Virus record (IMG/VR): IMGVR_UViG_3300050821_003663
Span: 1 to 64,000 of that record
From: a virus
Length of the DNA: 64,000 nt
Direction: 5' to 3' (one strand)
Shown here: positions 56,177-64,000 of the stretch, one piece after another
Numbering within the stretch: the stretch's first letter is position 1
Layout: each line of letters begins with the position of its first letter
Notes under the pieces: generated by a model
The model's input: only the letters and a program-made list of their open reading frames with translations
Database searches by the model: none
What the model was told of the DNA's origin: nothing
Program-made: the position numbers and the translations under genes

Positions 56177-56563
56177 ATGGCGAGACATAACAACGGAAAG
56201 AGCTACTTCGCTATTGACGGAGAACGGCTTACAGCCGCCAGAATATCCGCAGGGATGTCGTTACAAGACGTTGCCAATAGGATAAAGTGCAACAAGTCCA
56301 GCGTATCGCGATGGGAGCAGGGAACGCTTTGCCCGTCGGACGAACGAATCTTCATCTTGATGGAAATGTTTGAAGGCGGAGACTTTCTAAGGGAAGGACA
56401 CGCAGCACGGCTGACCTGGAAAGAGGTTGACCGCATTCGCGAGCTCCTCGAAGAGAAGAAACCGCAGGACAGGATCGCAAAGATGTTTGGATTGCCGCTG
56501 GCCACGATCAGCGCTATCGCACGGAACGAAATCTGGAAGAGAGACGAGGTAACCGCCCAATGA
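56177..56563 (+). CDS. XRE-family HTH regulator with second C-terminal HTH
   Basis: ARISAGMSLQDVANRIKCNKSSVSRWEQG; QDRIAKMFGLPLATISAIARNEIW. Confidence 0.85.
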   Translation: MARHNNGKSYFAIDGERLTAARISAGMSLQDVANRIKCNKSSVSRWEQGTLCPSDERIFILMEMFEGGDFLREGHAARLTWKEVDRIRELLEEKKPQDRIAKMFGLPLATISAIARNEIWKRDEVTAQ

Positions 56564-57870
56564 GCTCAACATCACTTACCTACAACCCGGAGCAAATGAA
56601 TCAATCATTGATGCGGGAGCCGACCGAGGTGCTTGCCGAGGCCCGCAAGGCCGCAGTGGCGCTGCAGGACGTCATCAGCAAGAAGAAGAAGCCTGTGATG
56701 TTCAACGGCGAGCAGTACATCGAACGCGAGGACTGGGGGACTGTGGCCCGGTTCTACGGGTGTACCGCGAAGGTCGAGGAGACGCGCTACATTTCGATTG
56801 GCGAGGTCCACGGTTACGAGGCGGTGGCGGTATGCCTTGACCGCAACCAGAACATCATCAGCCGAGCCGAGTCGATGTGTCTGTCCGATGAAGACAACTG
56901 GGGCATGGTGGCCGAGTATGAGTGGAAGGACAAGGTCGGCGAAGACGGAAAGAAGGTCTGGGACGAAAAGGGCGGCAAGGGCGGGAAGGGAGCCTATATT
57001 CGCGAGCGGGTGAAGGTCGGAGAGAAGGCAAAGCCGCTCTTCCAGCTCCGTTCGATGGCTCAGACTCGCGCTGAGGCTAAGGTACTCAAGAGCGTCTTCG
57101 GCTTCGTAGTGGTACTGGCAGGCTATCAGCCGTCTGTAGCGGAAGAGATGACCGGAAACGAGCAGCCGCGCAACGACGCGGAGGAGCCAAGGGCTGCAGT
57201 GCAGAAGCCTCAGCGGGCAAGTGAGGTAGTCATAGAGCAAGTCAGCGGCACTATCCAGGACGCTAAGTTCAACTCCAAGGGTGAGCTCTGGATGTACCTG
57301 GGGGACAAGCTGACTAAGGTTCCCGAGCCTCTTATTAGCGACGACATGGTCAACGGCAACGTCATGACGATCAACGCGAAGAAAGGGAAGGCTGAAAAGG
57401 TTGGGGAGTTCTGGCTGACGGTCGAAGTCGTGAAGTGCGAGAAGGTTACGGAAGGCGTCGTGGTGGAGGACCAGACTGCGGTAGTCAGCGCCGAAGACGA
57501 AGTGCAGGAGCACCCGGCTGACGTGCCCGAGTCTACGCCTCAGACCGAAGAGCTGAAGACGATGTTCGACAACGGCGATCTGAAGACCGGCCGCGAGGTC
57601 GCAGTGAAGAAGGAAGAGACGGACAAGAAGAAGGAGCAGTCGTGGAGAGCGCACGCCGGCCACGATCCAATGAAGCACATGAGCTTCAAGCAGTTCAACC
57701 TGCTGATGATGATTATCAGCAAGCGGAAACTGAAGGATGAGGACGTGAAGGCGCTGCTTTTGGAGGATTTCGGTGTGGAGCACCGCTACCTTTTCCCGAA
57801 GGACAGGTTTGCGGATCTGCTGGACATGCTTGACCCCAACTTCGAATACCACGACAAGCCGAAGGACTAG
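56560..57870 (+). CDS. Putative ssDNA-annealing/recombination protein
   Basis: QLRSMAQTRAEAKV and AEEM motifs; next to exonuclease. Confidence 0.6.
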   Translation: MSSTSLTYNPEQMNQSLMREPTEVLAEARKAAVALQDVISKKKKPVMFNGEQYIEREDWGTVARFYGCTAKVEETRYISIGEVHGYEAVAVCLDRNQNIISRAESMCLSDEDNWGMVAEYEWKDKVGEDGKKVWDEKGGKGGKGAYIRERVKVGEKAKPLFQLRSMAQTRAEAKVLKSVFGFVVVLAGYQPSVAEEMTGNEQPRNDAEEPRAAVQKPQRASEVVIEQVSGTIQDAKFNSKGELWMYLGDKLTKVPEPLISDDMVNGNVMTINAKKGKAEKVGEFWLTVEVVKCEKVTEGVVVEDQTAVVSAEDEVQEHPADVPESTPQTEELKTMFDNGDLKTGREVAVKKEETDKKKEQSWRAHAGHDPMKHMSFKQFNLLMMIISKRKLKDEDVKALLLEDFGVEHRYLFPKDRFADLLDMLDPNFEYHDKPKD

Positions 57871-57879
57871 GAGGAGGCC

Positions 57880-58083
57880 ATGAAGACGATAAAGCGCTGG
57901 ATACGTAACTGGCTGGGGGTCAACGGAGACTCATCGTATCCGCACCGCTTCGTCTGCCTCCTGAACTGGAGGGACATAGTTATCGGCGTCGACGGTAACG
58001 GCGACATGTACGAGCTACGGCAACACAGCTACGACGGGGAGATGGTTGTGCAGTTGATGATGAAGAATCCACTGGAGAGGTGA
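57880..58083 (+). CDS. Hypothetical protein
   Basis: GGAGG RBS. Confidence 0.6.
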   Translation: MKTIKRWIRNWLGVNGDSSYPHRFVCLLNWRDIVIGVDGNGDMYELRQHSYDGEMVVQLMMKNPLER

Positions 58084-58320
58084 GTGATGGCAGACGAGCA
58101 GGAAGATTTCGACATGCAGGAAGTGGTGAGCGGCCGCGTCAGCGCTCTGGGGTACGACGCTCCGACGAAGCGGATGCGGGCTCAGTTCCCCAACGGCCGC
58201 GTGGCTGAATACGAGGGCGTTCCGGAAGAGGTTTATGGGGCGGTGATGGCGTCACCCAGCATCGGCCAAGCTTTCGGGTCCATGATCGTCAACGGCGGAT
58301 TTCCGTTCAAGTACGTATGA
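58084..58320 (+). CDS. KTSC-domain protein
   Basis: VSALGYD...YEGVPEEVY..MASPSIG. Confidence 0.85.
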   Translation: MMADEQEDFDMQEVVSGRVSALGYDAPTKRMRAQFPNGRVAEYEGVPEEVYGAVMASPSIGQAFGSMIVNGGFPFKYV

Positions 58321-58967
58321 GCCGAGACTGGGGAATCGAGATACCGGGAGGCTTCTTCGATGAAGAGCGCCATCGCTACCGTGACGAGAGAGGAGTGATC
58401 GTACCCTCAAGCACCCAGGTATTCACCATCCACGGCATGAACGATTTCAGCGCGGCGAATCAGGAAGACGTGGAGTGGAAGAGGCTTTACGGGGACGCGG
58501 TTCACGAAGCTGTCAGGTTCTTAGTCGAGGGCGATTTAGACACGGACACCTTAGATTCGGAAGTTGAGCCGGCGGTAACCGGGATCGGCGGCCGCTTGAA
58601 GGATATAGATTTTCAGCTTGAAGCTGTAGAAGAGAGAATGATCGCAAACTGCTGTGGCATGAAGTACGGGATGACCCTAGATTTACGTGGAACCTGCGAG
58701 CATCTCGGAAAGCGTCGGAGCGTCGTGATCGACGAAAAAACGGGTTCTAAGTTTTCGCAGACGTGGATGTGGCAGGTAGGCTCATATCTCATCCCTCAGC
58801 CGCGAGTTCCGCTGGGATGGCTCGGAATGGTGCTTCAGGTAGAGCCGAGGGGTAAGGTAGCACCGCATTTTGTTCCGGATGTGGGGCGAGCAAAGATGGA
58901 GTTTCAGGCGTTATTGGCGTCGGCGATCTTGAAACTAAACTACGGGTACGCCAACCTTGGAGGGTAA
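58317..58967 (+). CDS. PD-(D/E)XK exonuclease
   Basis: FDEERHRY, PSSTQV, GDAVH, TLDL, IDEKTG, QVGSY. Confidence 0.8.
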   Translation: MSRDWGIEIPGGFFDEERHRYRDERGVIVPSSTQVFTIHGMNDFSAANQEDVEWKRLYGDAVHEAVRFLVEGDLDTDTLDSEVEPAVTGIGGRLKDIDFQLEAVEERMIANCCGMKYGMTLDLRGTCEHLGKRRSVVIDEKTGSKFSQTWMWQVGSYLIPQPRVPLGWLGMVLQVEPRGKVAPHFVPDVGRAKMEFQALLASAILKLNYGYANLGG

Positions 58968-58969
58968 CG

Positions 58970-59731
58970 ATGACAGAAGCAACATTGGAGAAGGCAAAGT
59001 CGACAGCAATCATTTTGGCAAACGCCGGGGAGCTTCTGGGGCCGGATTCGCCATACGATCAGGGGCGCAGGGCGCTCAAGAAAGAGTACGGCTCGGTCCT
59101 CACGAACGCGAAGGAGTTCAAGGAGATTACGTCGCACGAAGACGCGGAAAAGGCGGCACAGTTTGGTCGACTCCTGCAGGTGGCAAGCCAAGAGACGGAG
59201 AGCTACTTCAAGCGTGTCAAGGTGCAGATCGACAATATCAAGAAGCCGGTATTGGAGGCCGAAAAGCAGGACATCGGCGCCTACGCCGAAGAGAAGATGC
59301 GCATCAGCCGGCTGCAGGTCGCATGGGATCAGCAGGTTCGTCGCGAGCGGGAAGAGAGCGACCGTATCGCCCGCGAAGCGGCCGAACGTCAGGCGCGTGA
59401 AGACCGGCTGAATGAGGCTGTAGCGCTGGAGTCGATGGGAGAGGCGGAGCAAGCCGAGGCTGTCTTGGACGAACCCATCTACACCCCCCCTGTGGTGACC
59501 CAGGTGGCGTCGGCGCCACGTATCCAGGGTAAGGTAGCCAAGGTCAGCTACTCGGCCAAGGTGACGAACCTGATGGACTTGGTGAGGGCTGTGGCGGCCG
59601 GGAAGGCCCCGATACAGTCCCTCGTGGCAAACGAATCGTTTATCAACGCGCAGGCGCGAGCATTCAAGGACGGATTTTCTCTGCCGGGGTGTGAGCTGCA
59701 GCGAGAAGAGTCGGTACACTATCGGGGATAG
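58970..59731 (+). CDS. Coiled-coil protein of recombination module (Gam/Gp157-like)
   Basis: Long charged helix with C-terminal LPGCEL motif. Confidence 0.5.
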   Translation: MTEATLEKAKSTAIILANAGELLGPDSPYDQGRRALKKEYGSVLTNAKEFKEITSHEDAEKAAQFGRLLQVASQETESYFKRVKVQIDNIKKPVLEAEKQDIGAYAEEKMRISRLQVAWDQQVRREREESDRIAREAAERQAREDRLNEAVALESMGEAEQAEAVLDEPIYTPPVVTQVASAPRIQGKVAKVSYSAKVTNLMDLVRAVAAGKAPIQSLVANESFINAQARAFKDGFSLPGCELQREESVHYRG

Positions 59732-59764
59732 AAACTACCCCCAAAATCGTAAGGGAGAAGACCA

Positions 59765-60265
59765 TTGAAAATAGCGAATTATTTCTTGACCGCCTGCATC
59801 CTGTTGTCCACAGCAGGGTACGCCCAACAACCGGCCGCTTCATCGTCGGCGATAACAATCAAGCCAACCCCTGCCTCTGACGCCCTAAACGCAACGGCGA
59901 AAGATATGACCGAAACAGCCAAGAGCCTTGACACGGCCACACAGCAAGCGCGCAGCGCTTTCGACATGAGCGTGAAGTCACTCAACGACTCACTCTCAGC
60001 CAAGACGAAAGATCTGATGGATGAGTTGAAGTCCGACAAGAAGTACGCGCCGAAGCTGAAAGAGATCGAGACCATTCAGCAGCAGCAGAAAGATGCTATA
60101 AGCGAGGCGCAAAAGAAGTTCAACGCGAGCGCAGGACCGCTACAGCAGAAGGTTGCCACAGACCAAGCGCTCATCGACGGATTGGTGCCAGTAGTGCGCA
60201 AAGAAAGCGGCCTTCCGCCCACAGCTAAGTTCGACGCGAAAACGCAAGAGTGGTCGACAAAATAA
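59765..60265 (+). CDS. Secreted coiled-coil protein
   Basis: Sec-type signal peptide ending GYA-Q. Confidence 0.65.
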   Translation: MKIANYFLTACILLSTAGYAQQPAASSSAITIKPTPASDALNATAKDMTETAKSLDTATQQARSAFDMSVKSLNDSLSAKTKDLMDELKSDKKYAPKLKEIETIQQQQKDAISEAQKKFNASAGPLQQKVATDQALIDGLVPVVRKESGLPPTAKFDAKTQEWSTK

Positions 60266-60268
60266 GCC

Positions 60269-60655
60269 GTGAGCGTAAACGTCCAGATCATCAACGAGAA
60301 GTCGCGGGCGCTGTATGACAAGCTGCCGCGTCCGCTGCTTTCTCAGCTTGCCGAGATCCATAGAATCTCCGTAAGAGACTTTGCGAGCATCTTCCAGATC
60401 TCGAAGTCCCACGCGGAAGAGGTGTTGAACCACAAGACGATGCCTTCGTTGGAACTGGGGATCCGGATAGCCCGCTACTTCGACGTAACGACGGACGAGC
60501 TCTTGGCGTGGCGGGTAGACGATGACGGATCGCGGAGGCCGCTGGTGATTGCGATTCCTGGGGGAGGGACGGTTCGGCTCAACAATAAGAACCCGGATTC
60601 AGACCCGATGGAGGTTGTCAGGGAGTTGGCGAGGTACTTCAAGGAGGGCAAGTGA
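60269..60655 (+). CDS. XRE-family HTH regulator
   Basis: PSLELGIRIARYFDVTTDELL. Confidence 0.8.
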   Translation: MSVNVQIINEKSRALYDKLPRPLLSQLAEIHRISVRDFASIFQISKSHAEEVLNHKTMPSLELGIRIARYFDVTTDELLAWRVDDDGSRRPLVIAIPGGGTVRLNNKNPDSDPMEVVRELARYFKEGK

Positions 60656-61236
60656 TATTCATTGGCATAGATCCGGGGAGCAGTGGGGCAATAGCCGTCA
60701 TTGACGGCAAGAGGATCGAGTTCTACGACACGCCGACGCTCGCCATCAAGGTCGGAAAGACCATCAAGAATAAGCAGGACGCCGCGCAGTGCGCTCTCAT
60801 GCTCCGGCAGATCACGGCGGTCCACCAGGGTGACGTGAAGGTCACTATCGAGCGCGTGGCGCCGATGCCGAGCTTCAAAGGCCCAGACGGCGAGGATAAG
60901 CCGCAGGCGATGGGCGTGACGTCCGCCTTCACCTTCGGAGAGGGGTTCGGAATCTGGCAGGGAGTGTGTGCTGGCCTCCTCTTGCCGTACCAGTTCGTTC
61001 ACCCGGCCACATGGAAGAAAGCGATGATGCCGGGGATGACGAAGGACAAGGATTCCAGCCGCGCCAGGGTGATGCAGCTCTACCCGCAATGCACCCCGGA
61101 CATCGCGAGGAAGAAGGATCATGCGCGGGCAGACGCGCTCCTCATCGCGGTGTGGGCTCAACGGGAGTACGACTTCGGCGAACCACCGATACCGAAGAAG
61201 CAGGAAACCGTAATACACGGGCTATTTGAAGACTGA
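60652..61236 (+). CDS. RuvC-like Holliday junction resolvase
   Basis: IGIDPGSSGA, IERV, PATWKK, RADALLIA. Confidence 0.88.
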   Translation: MIFIGIDPGSSGAIAVIDGKRIEFYDTPTLAIKVGKTIKNKQDAAQCALMLRQITAVHQGDVKVTIERVAPMPSFKGPDGEDKPQAMGVTSAFTFGEGFGIWQGVCAGLLLPYQFVHPATWKKAMMPGMTKDKDSSRARVMQLYPQCTPDIARKKDHARADALLIAVWAQREYDFGEPPIPKKQETVIHGLFED

Positions 61237-61253
61237 AAGCGAGGGAGCGCAGA

Positions 61254-61790
61254 ATGGCGAAGCAAAAAACGAAGCTAGGCGATTTTTTCGAGGGCAAGCG
61301 GCGACAGTGCCGACTGGCGGATTACCACACACTGAAAGACGAGAAAGACCATCTGCGGTTGAAGTTGATGGTAGAGATGCCGCTGACCGGACAGCCGCAG
61401 CACGGCATCCATGACCAGTTTGCAGAGCCATTCCTCATCATGGTGAAGAAGAATAGCGCCTGCAATCAGTCAAAGGTGAATGCGCTGATCGACTCTGCAG
61501 AGGTTGGGATCTTCACCACCGGCGACATAAAGAACGCGGTTACACGGACGAACGGCGCCAGCCTTCAGGACTTCCAGTTGGTAGCCAAAGGCCACGAAGA
61601 GAAGCGCTCAGTCGCGCTCCACTTCACGACCTACATCCCCTTCACCGAGCCGCTGAAGCAGTGGGTGCTGGACCTCCTCCACAAGGACTTCTTCATGGAG
61701 GTAGTGCCCGCACAGATGAAGCTGGAAGACCCGAAGGATCCTCCGGTGAACAAGAAGAAGAAACCGGAGCAAGTTGGACTGCTGAACTAG
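61254..61790 (+). CDS. Hypothetical protein
   Basis: GGGAG RBS, 178 aa. Confidence 0.65.
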   Translation: MAKQKTKLGDFFEGKRRQCRLADYHTLKDEKDHLRLKLMVEMPLTGQPQHGIHDQFAEPFLIMVKKNSACNQSKVNALIDSAEVGIFTTGDIKNAVTRTNGASLQDFQLVAKGHEEKRSVALHFTTYIPFTEPLKQWVLDLLHKDFFMEVVPAQMKLEDPKDPPVNKKKKPEQVGLLN

Positions 61791-61949
61791 ACTGCGGTAT
61801 TCTAGCTTCGCCTTGAGCGGTGGCTGGGGAGCTATCACTCTCGGAAGTACGGACGTGAATGATGGCATGTCTGTGCGACCCTCCAAGGGCCGGTGCGCTC
61901 CCCCAGAGCTGCCGGCCCCCTCCACCCCATCTATCATTGGGAGGAACCC

Positions 61950-62444
61950 TTGAAAGTAACGCTCGATTCGGCAGTGCTGGAAAAGCTGTCCCCACGGGGG
62001 ATGCTGGCCTACATCGCCTACTCACTCAACAAGAAAAAGGCCGCATCTCCGGCAAAGTTTGCCGCACTTGTCCGCATCAAGGAAGAGGTGATGGCGGAGG
62101 GGCTGCAGAATCTATGGGCCAACCTTCCTGAAGTCCAAAATTTGGACCCCAAGCCAGCCGCGAAGAAAGAGTTTGTGCTGCCCGCATGGGTTCCGCCTAC
62201 CACGTGGAACGCATACGTGCAGATGCGAAGAGGGATCGGCAAGCCCATGACAGAGCAGGCTATGGCAATCGCCGTAAACAAGCTGGCCAAGCTCAAAGAC
62301 GAAGGGTACAAGCCCACCGAAGTACTGGATCAGTCAATCTTCAACTCATGGCAAGGACTCTTCCCGGTAAAAACTGATGGATTCAGCGTCACGGCAAACG
62401 GAGCGGCACCGGTGAAGCTTCGTGAGACGGAGTTCAAGCTATGA
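61950..62444 (+). CDS. Replication initiator-like protein
   Basis: WNAYVQMRRGIGKPMT...DQSIFNSWQGLF; upstream of DnaB. Confidence 0.7.
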   Translation: MKVTLDSAVLEKLSPRGMLAYIAYSLNKKKAASPAKFAALVRIKEEVMAEGLQNLWANLPEVQNLDPKPAAKKEFVLPAWVPPTTWNAYVQMRRGIGKPMTEQAMAIAVNKLAKLKDEGYKPTEVLDQSIFNSWQGLFPVKTDGFSVTANGAAPVKLRETEFKL

Positions 62445-63775
62445 AAGAGGAGATCCCGTACGAAGAGGGTTATAACTACATCGAACACGCTGAATGTACC
62501 GTGCTGGGGGGGATGCTGGTCGACGAGGTCGCGGTGCAAGATGCGGCTAAACTCCTATCGACCGAGGACTTCAACGTCAGTTCCCATCGGACCATCTACC
62601 GGGCTATGAACAACCTAATTGATGAAGGCGAGAAGGTTGACATAATGACCGTCTCCAGTGAGCTTGACCGGATGAAGCAGATAGGGTCAATTGGCGGTCG
62701 CGCCTACCTCGCCTCTCTCAGCGAGGGCCTACCCCGCAGACTCAGCATTGAAAGCTACGTCCGCATCGTCAAATCAGCCGCGCTGGCGAGAAACTGCTGG
62801 AGGATATGTGACAAGGGGATCACCCGGATCCAAGACCGCTCGGAAGATCCACGCATCATCATGCTGGACATCGAGAAGCAACTTGAAGCCGCGAGGCACG
62901 ACTACACCGAAGATGTGACACTGCAAGATCAGGGAGAGGCCGAGCTGGAGTCGATACGCCGTCAACGTGTTGACGAGGAGCAAGTGTTTGTTCCCAGCGG
63001 GCTCGACGTGTACGACGTCTCGCAGGGCGGCTACGCCATCAAGGAAGTGACGGTGATCGGAGCTCGCCCCGGTATAGGCAAGAGCACGTTGTTGAGGCAG
63101 GGCGTGGTGAAGAATTGCCTCAAGGCCAACTTCGTTCACCTGTTTACCCCGGAAATGCCATCGGGACAGGTTATCCGCTACATGGCCTCGTATATGGCGA
63201 AGGTTCCGTTCCGCCGGCTGCGTCACGCGAAGCGACTAGACGACGCCCAGATGGCCGACGTGGAGGCAGCCATCATCGACATCATGGCATGGCCGCTCAA
63301 GATAGAAGACGAGAGTCCGCTGACGCTGGATGAGCTCATTGCAAAAGCACGGTCTATCAAAAGGAAGCAGAATACCAAACTCCTTGGGGTTGACTACCTT
63401 CAAAAACTGAAGTATCACGGCAAGGTGGAACACCGACACATTCAGGTGACGGACGCAATGGTTGAGCTGACATCGCTGTGCAAGAACGAGAACATCGCGG
63501 GCGTCGTTCTGAGTTCAATTACCGAAGCAACCGGGAAGGATCGCAACCGGCCGCCAACGAAAGCCGACCTTCGGCAGTCAGGCGACATCCAGTTCGAGGC
63601 GAACACGGTAATCCTCATGCACCGGGAGATCGACGCGGAGACGCATCAGCCACAGCCGAAGTGCTCCATCATCATCGACAAGGCCCGCTCCGACCAGTCC
63701 GGGATCAAAGAGGTGTTTTTCAACGGTGAGTACATCTACTTCGAGGAAGCGCAAACGTACCTGAAGGGGTTCTAA
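62441..63775 (+). CDS. dnaB: Replicative DNA helicase
   Basis: AECTVLGGML, GARPGIGKS, VDYLQ, DLRQSGDIQFEAN, KAR. Confidence 0.95.
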   Translation: MKEEIPYEEGYNYIEHAECTVLGGMLVDEVAVQDAAKLLSTEDFNVSSHRTIYRAMNNLIDEGEKVDIMTVSSELDRMKQIGSIGGRAYLASLSEGLPRRLSIESYVRIVKSAALARNCWRICDKGITRIQDRSEDPRIIMLDIEKQLEAARHDYTEDVTLQDQGEAELESIRRQRVDEEQVFVPSGLDVYDVSQGGYAIKEVTVIGARPGIGKSTLLRQGVVKNCLKANFVHLFTPEMPSGQVIRYMASYMAKVPFRRLRHAKRLDDAQMADVEAAIIDIMAWPLKIEDESPLTLDELIAKARSIKRKQNTKLLGVDYLQKLKYHGKVEHRHIQVTDAMVELTSLCKNENIAGVVLSSITEATGKDRNRPPTKADLRQSGDIQFEANTVILMHREIDAETHQPQPKCSIIIDKARSDQSGIKEVFFNGEYIYFEEAQTYLKGF

Positions 63776-63794
63776 AAGAGGGGAGATCCACGCG

Positions 63795-64000
63795 ATGGTT
63801 TCAGAAGCGGAGCAAATCAAGAAGATCAAGGCAGAGGCGAAAGAGCACTTCGAGGCCATCAGGTTAGCCCAAGAGTCCAACTCCCGAAGCTCAATGGTGA
63901 TCGGCTTCCACGCCTATCGGATGAAGATCAACAAACTCTTCCAAGTGATCGGCTTCGAGACGGAGGATGACGCACGTAAGGCCGCCGGCGTCGGAGAGTC
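63795..64000 (+). CDS. Hypothetical protein, truncated by window end
   Basis: GGGGAG RBS, open to the end. Confidence 0.55.
   Translation, partial: MVSEAEQIKKIKAEAKEHFEAIRLAQESNSRSSMVIGFHAYRMKINKLFQVIGFETEDDARKAAGVGE

Noticed and set aside
56605-57852. Long antisense ORF (also 12351-13292 and 58940-59719)
   Set aside because: Shadow frames of GC-rich sense genes with no RBS or motifs.
1-64000. Host or taxonomic assignment; lysis and integration modules
   Set aside because: No host genes, att site, integrase, endolysin or holin could be recognised in this window.

Overview
A 64 kb segment of a tailed dsDNA phage with a podovirus-like layout; host not determinable from the sequence. Order: small hypothetical genes with a PNKP-like phosphatase and peptide deformylase; terminase, portal, scaffold, major capsid, decoration and adaptor genes; a glycosyltransferase/B12-radical-SAM module; tail nozzle; a translation/anti-defence island (29.3-36.8 kb); further glyco-genes; ejection proteins including a 3708-aa polyvalent protein; a divergent HTH switch; recombination genes, a RuvC-like resolvase, replication initiator and DnaB. 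The island holds 32 tRNA genes covering all 20 amino acids, two HNH genes, a Ro60 gene preceded by four tandem Y-RNA-like units, a circularly permuted tRNA mimic and two putative signal-sponge proteins. Main finding: each of the three elongator-tRNA clusters sits behind its own promoter, a short leader ORF, an antiterminator and a terminator. The leader codons match the tRNAs directly downstream, down to isoacceptor level. This suggests ribosome-stalling attenuators that switch on phage tRNAs only when the matching host tRNAs are depleted. All structures and family assignments were made by eye and from recalled motifs, not from database searches.
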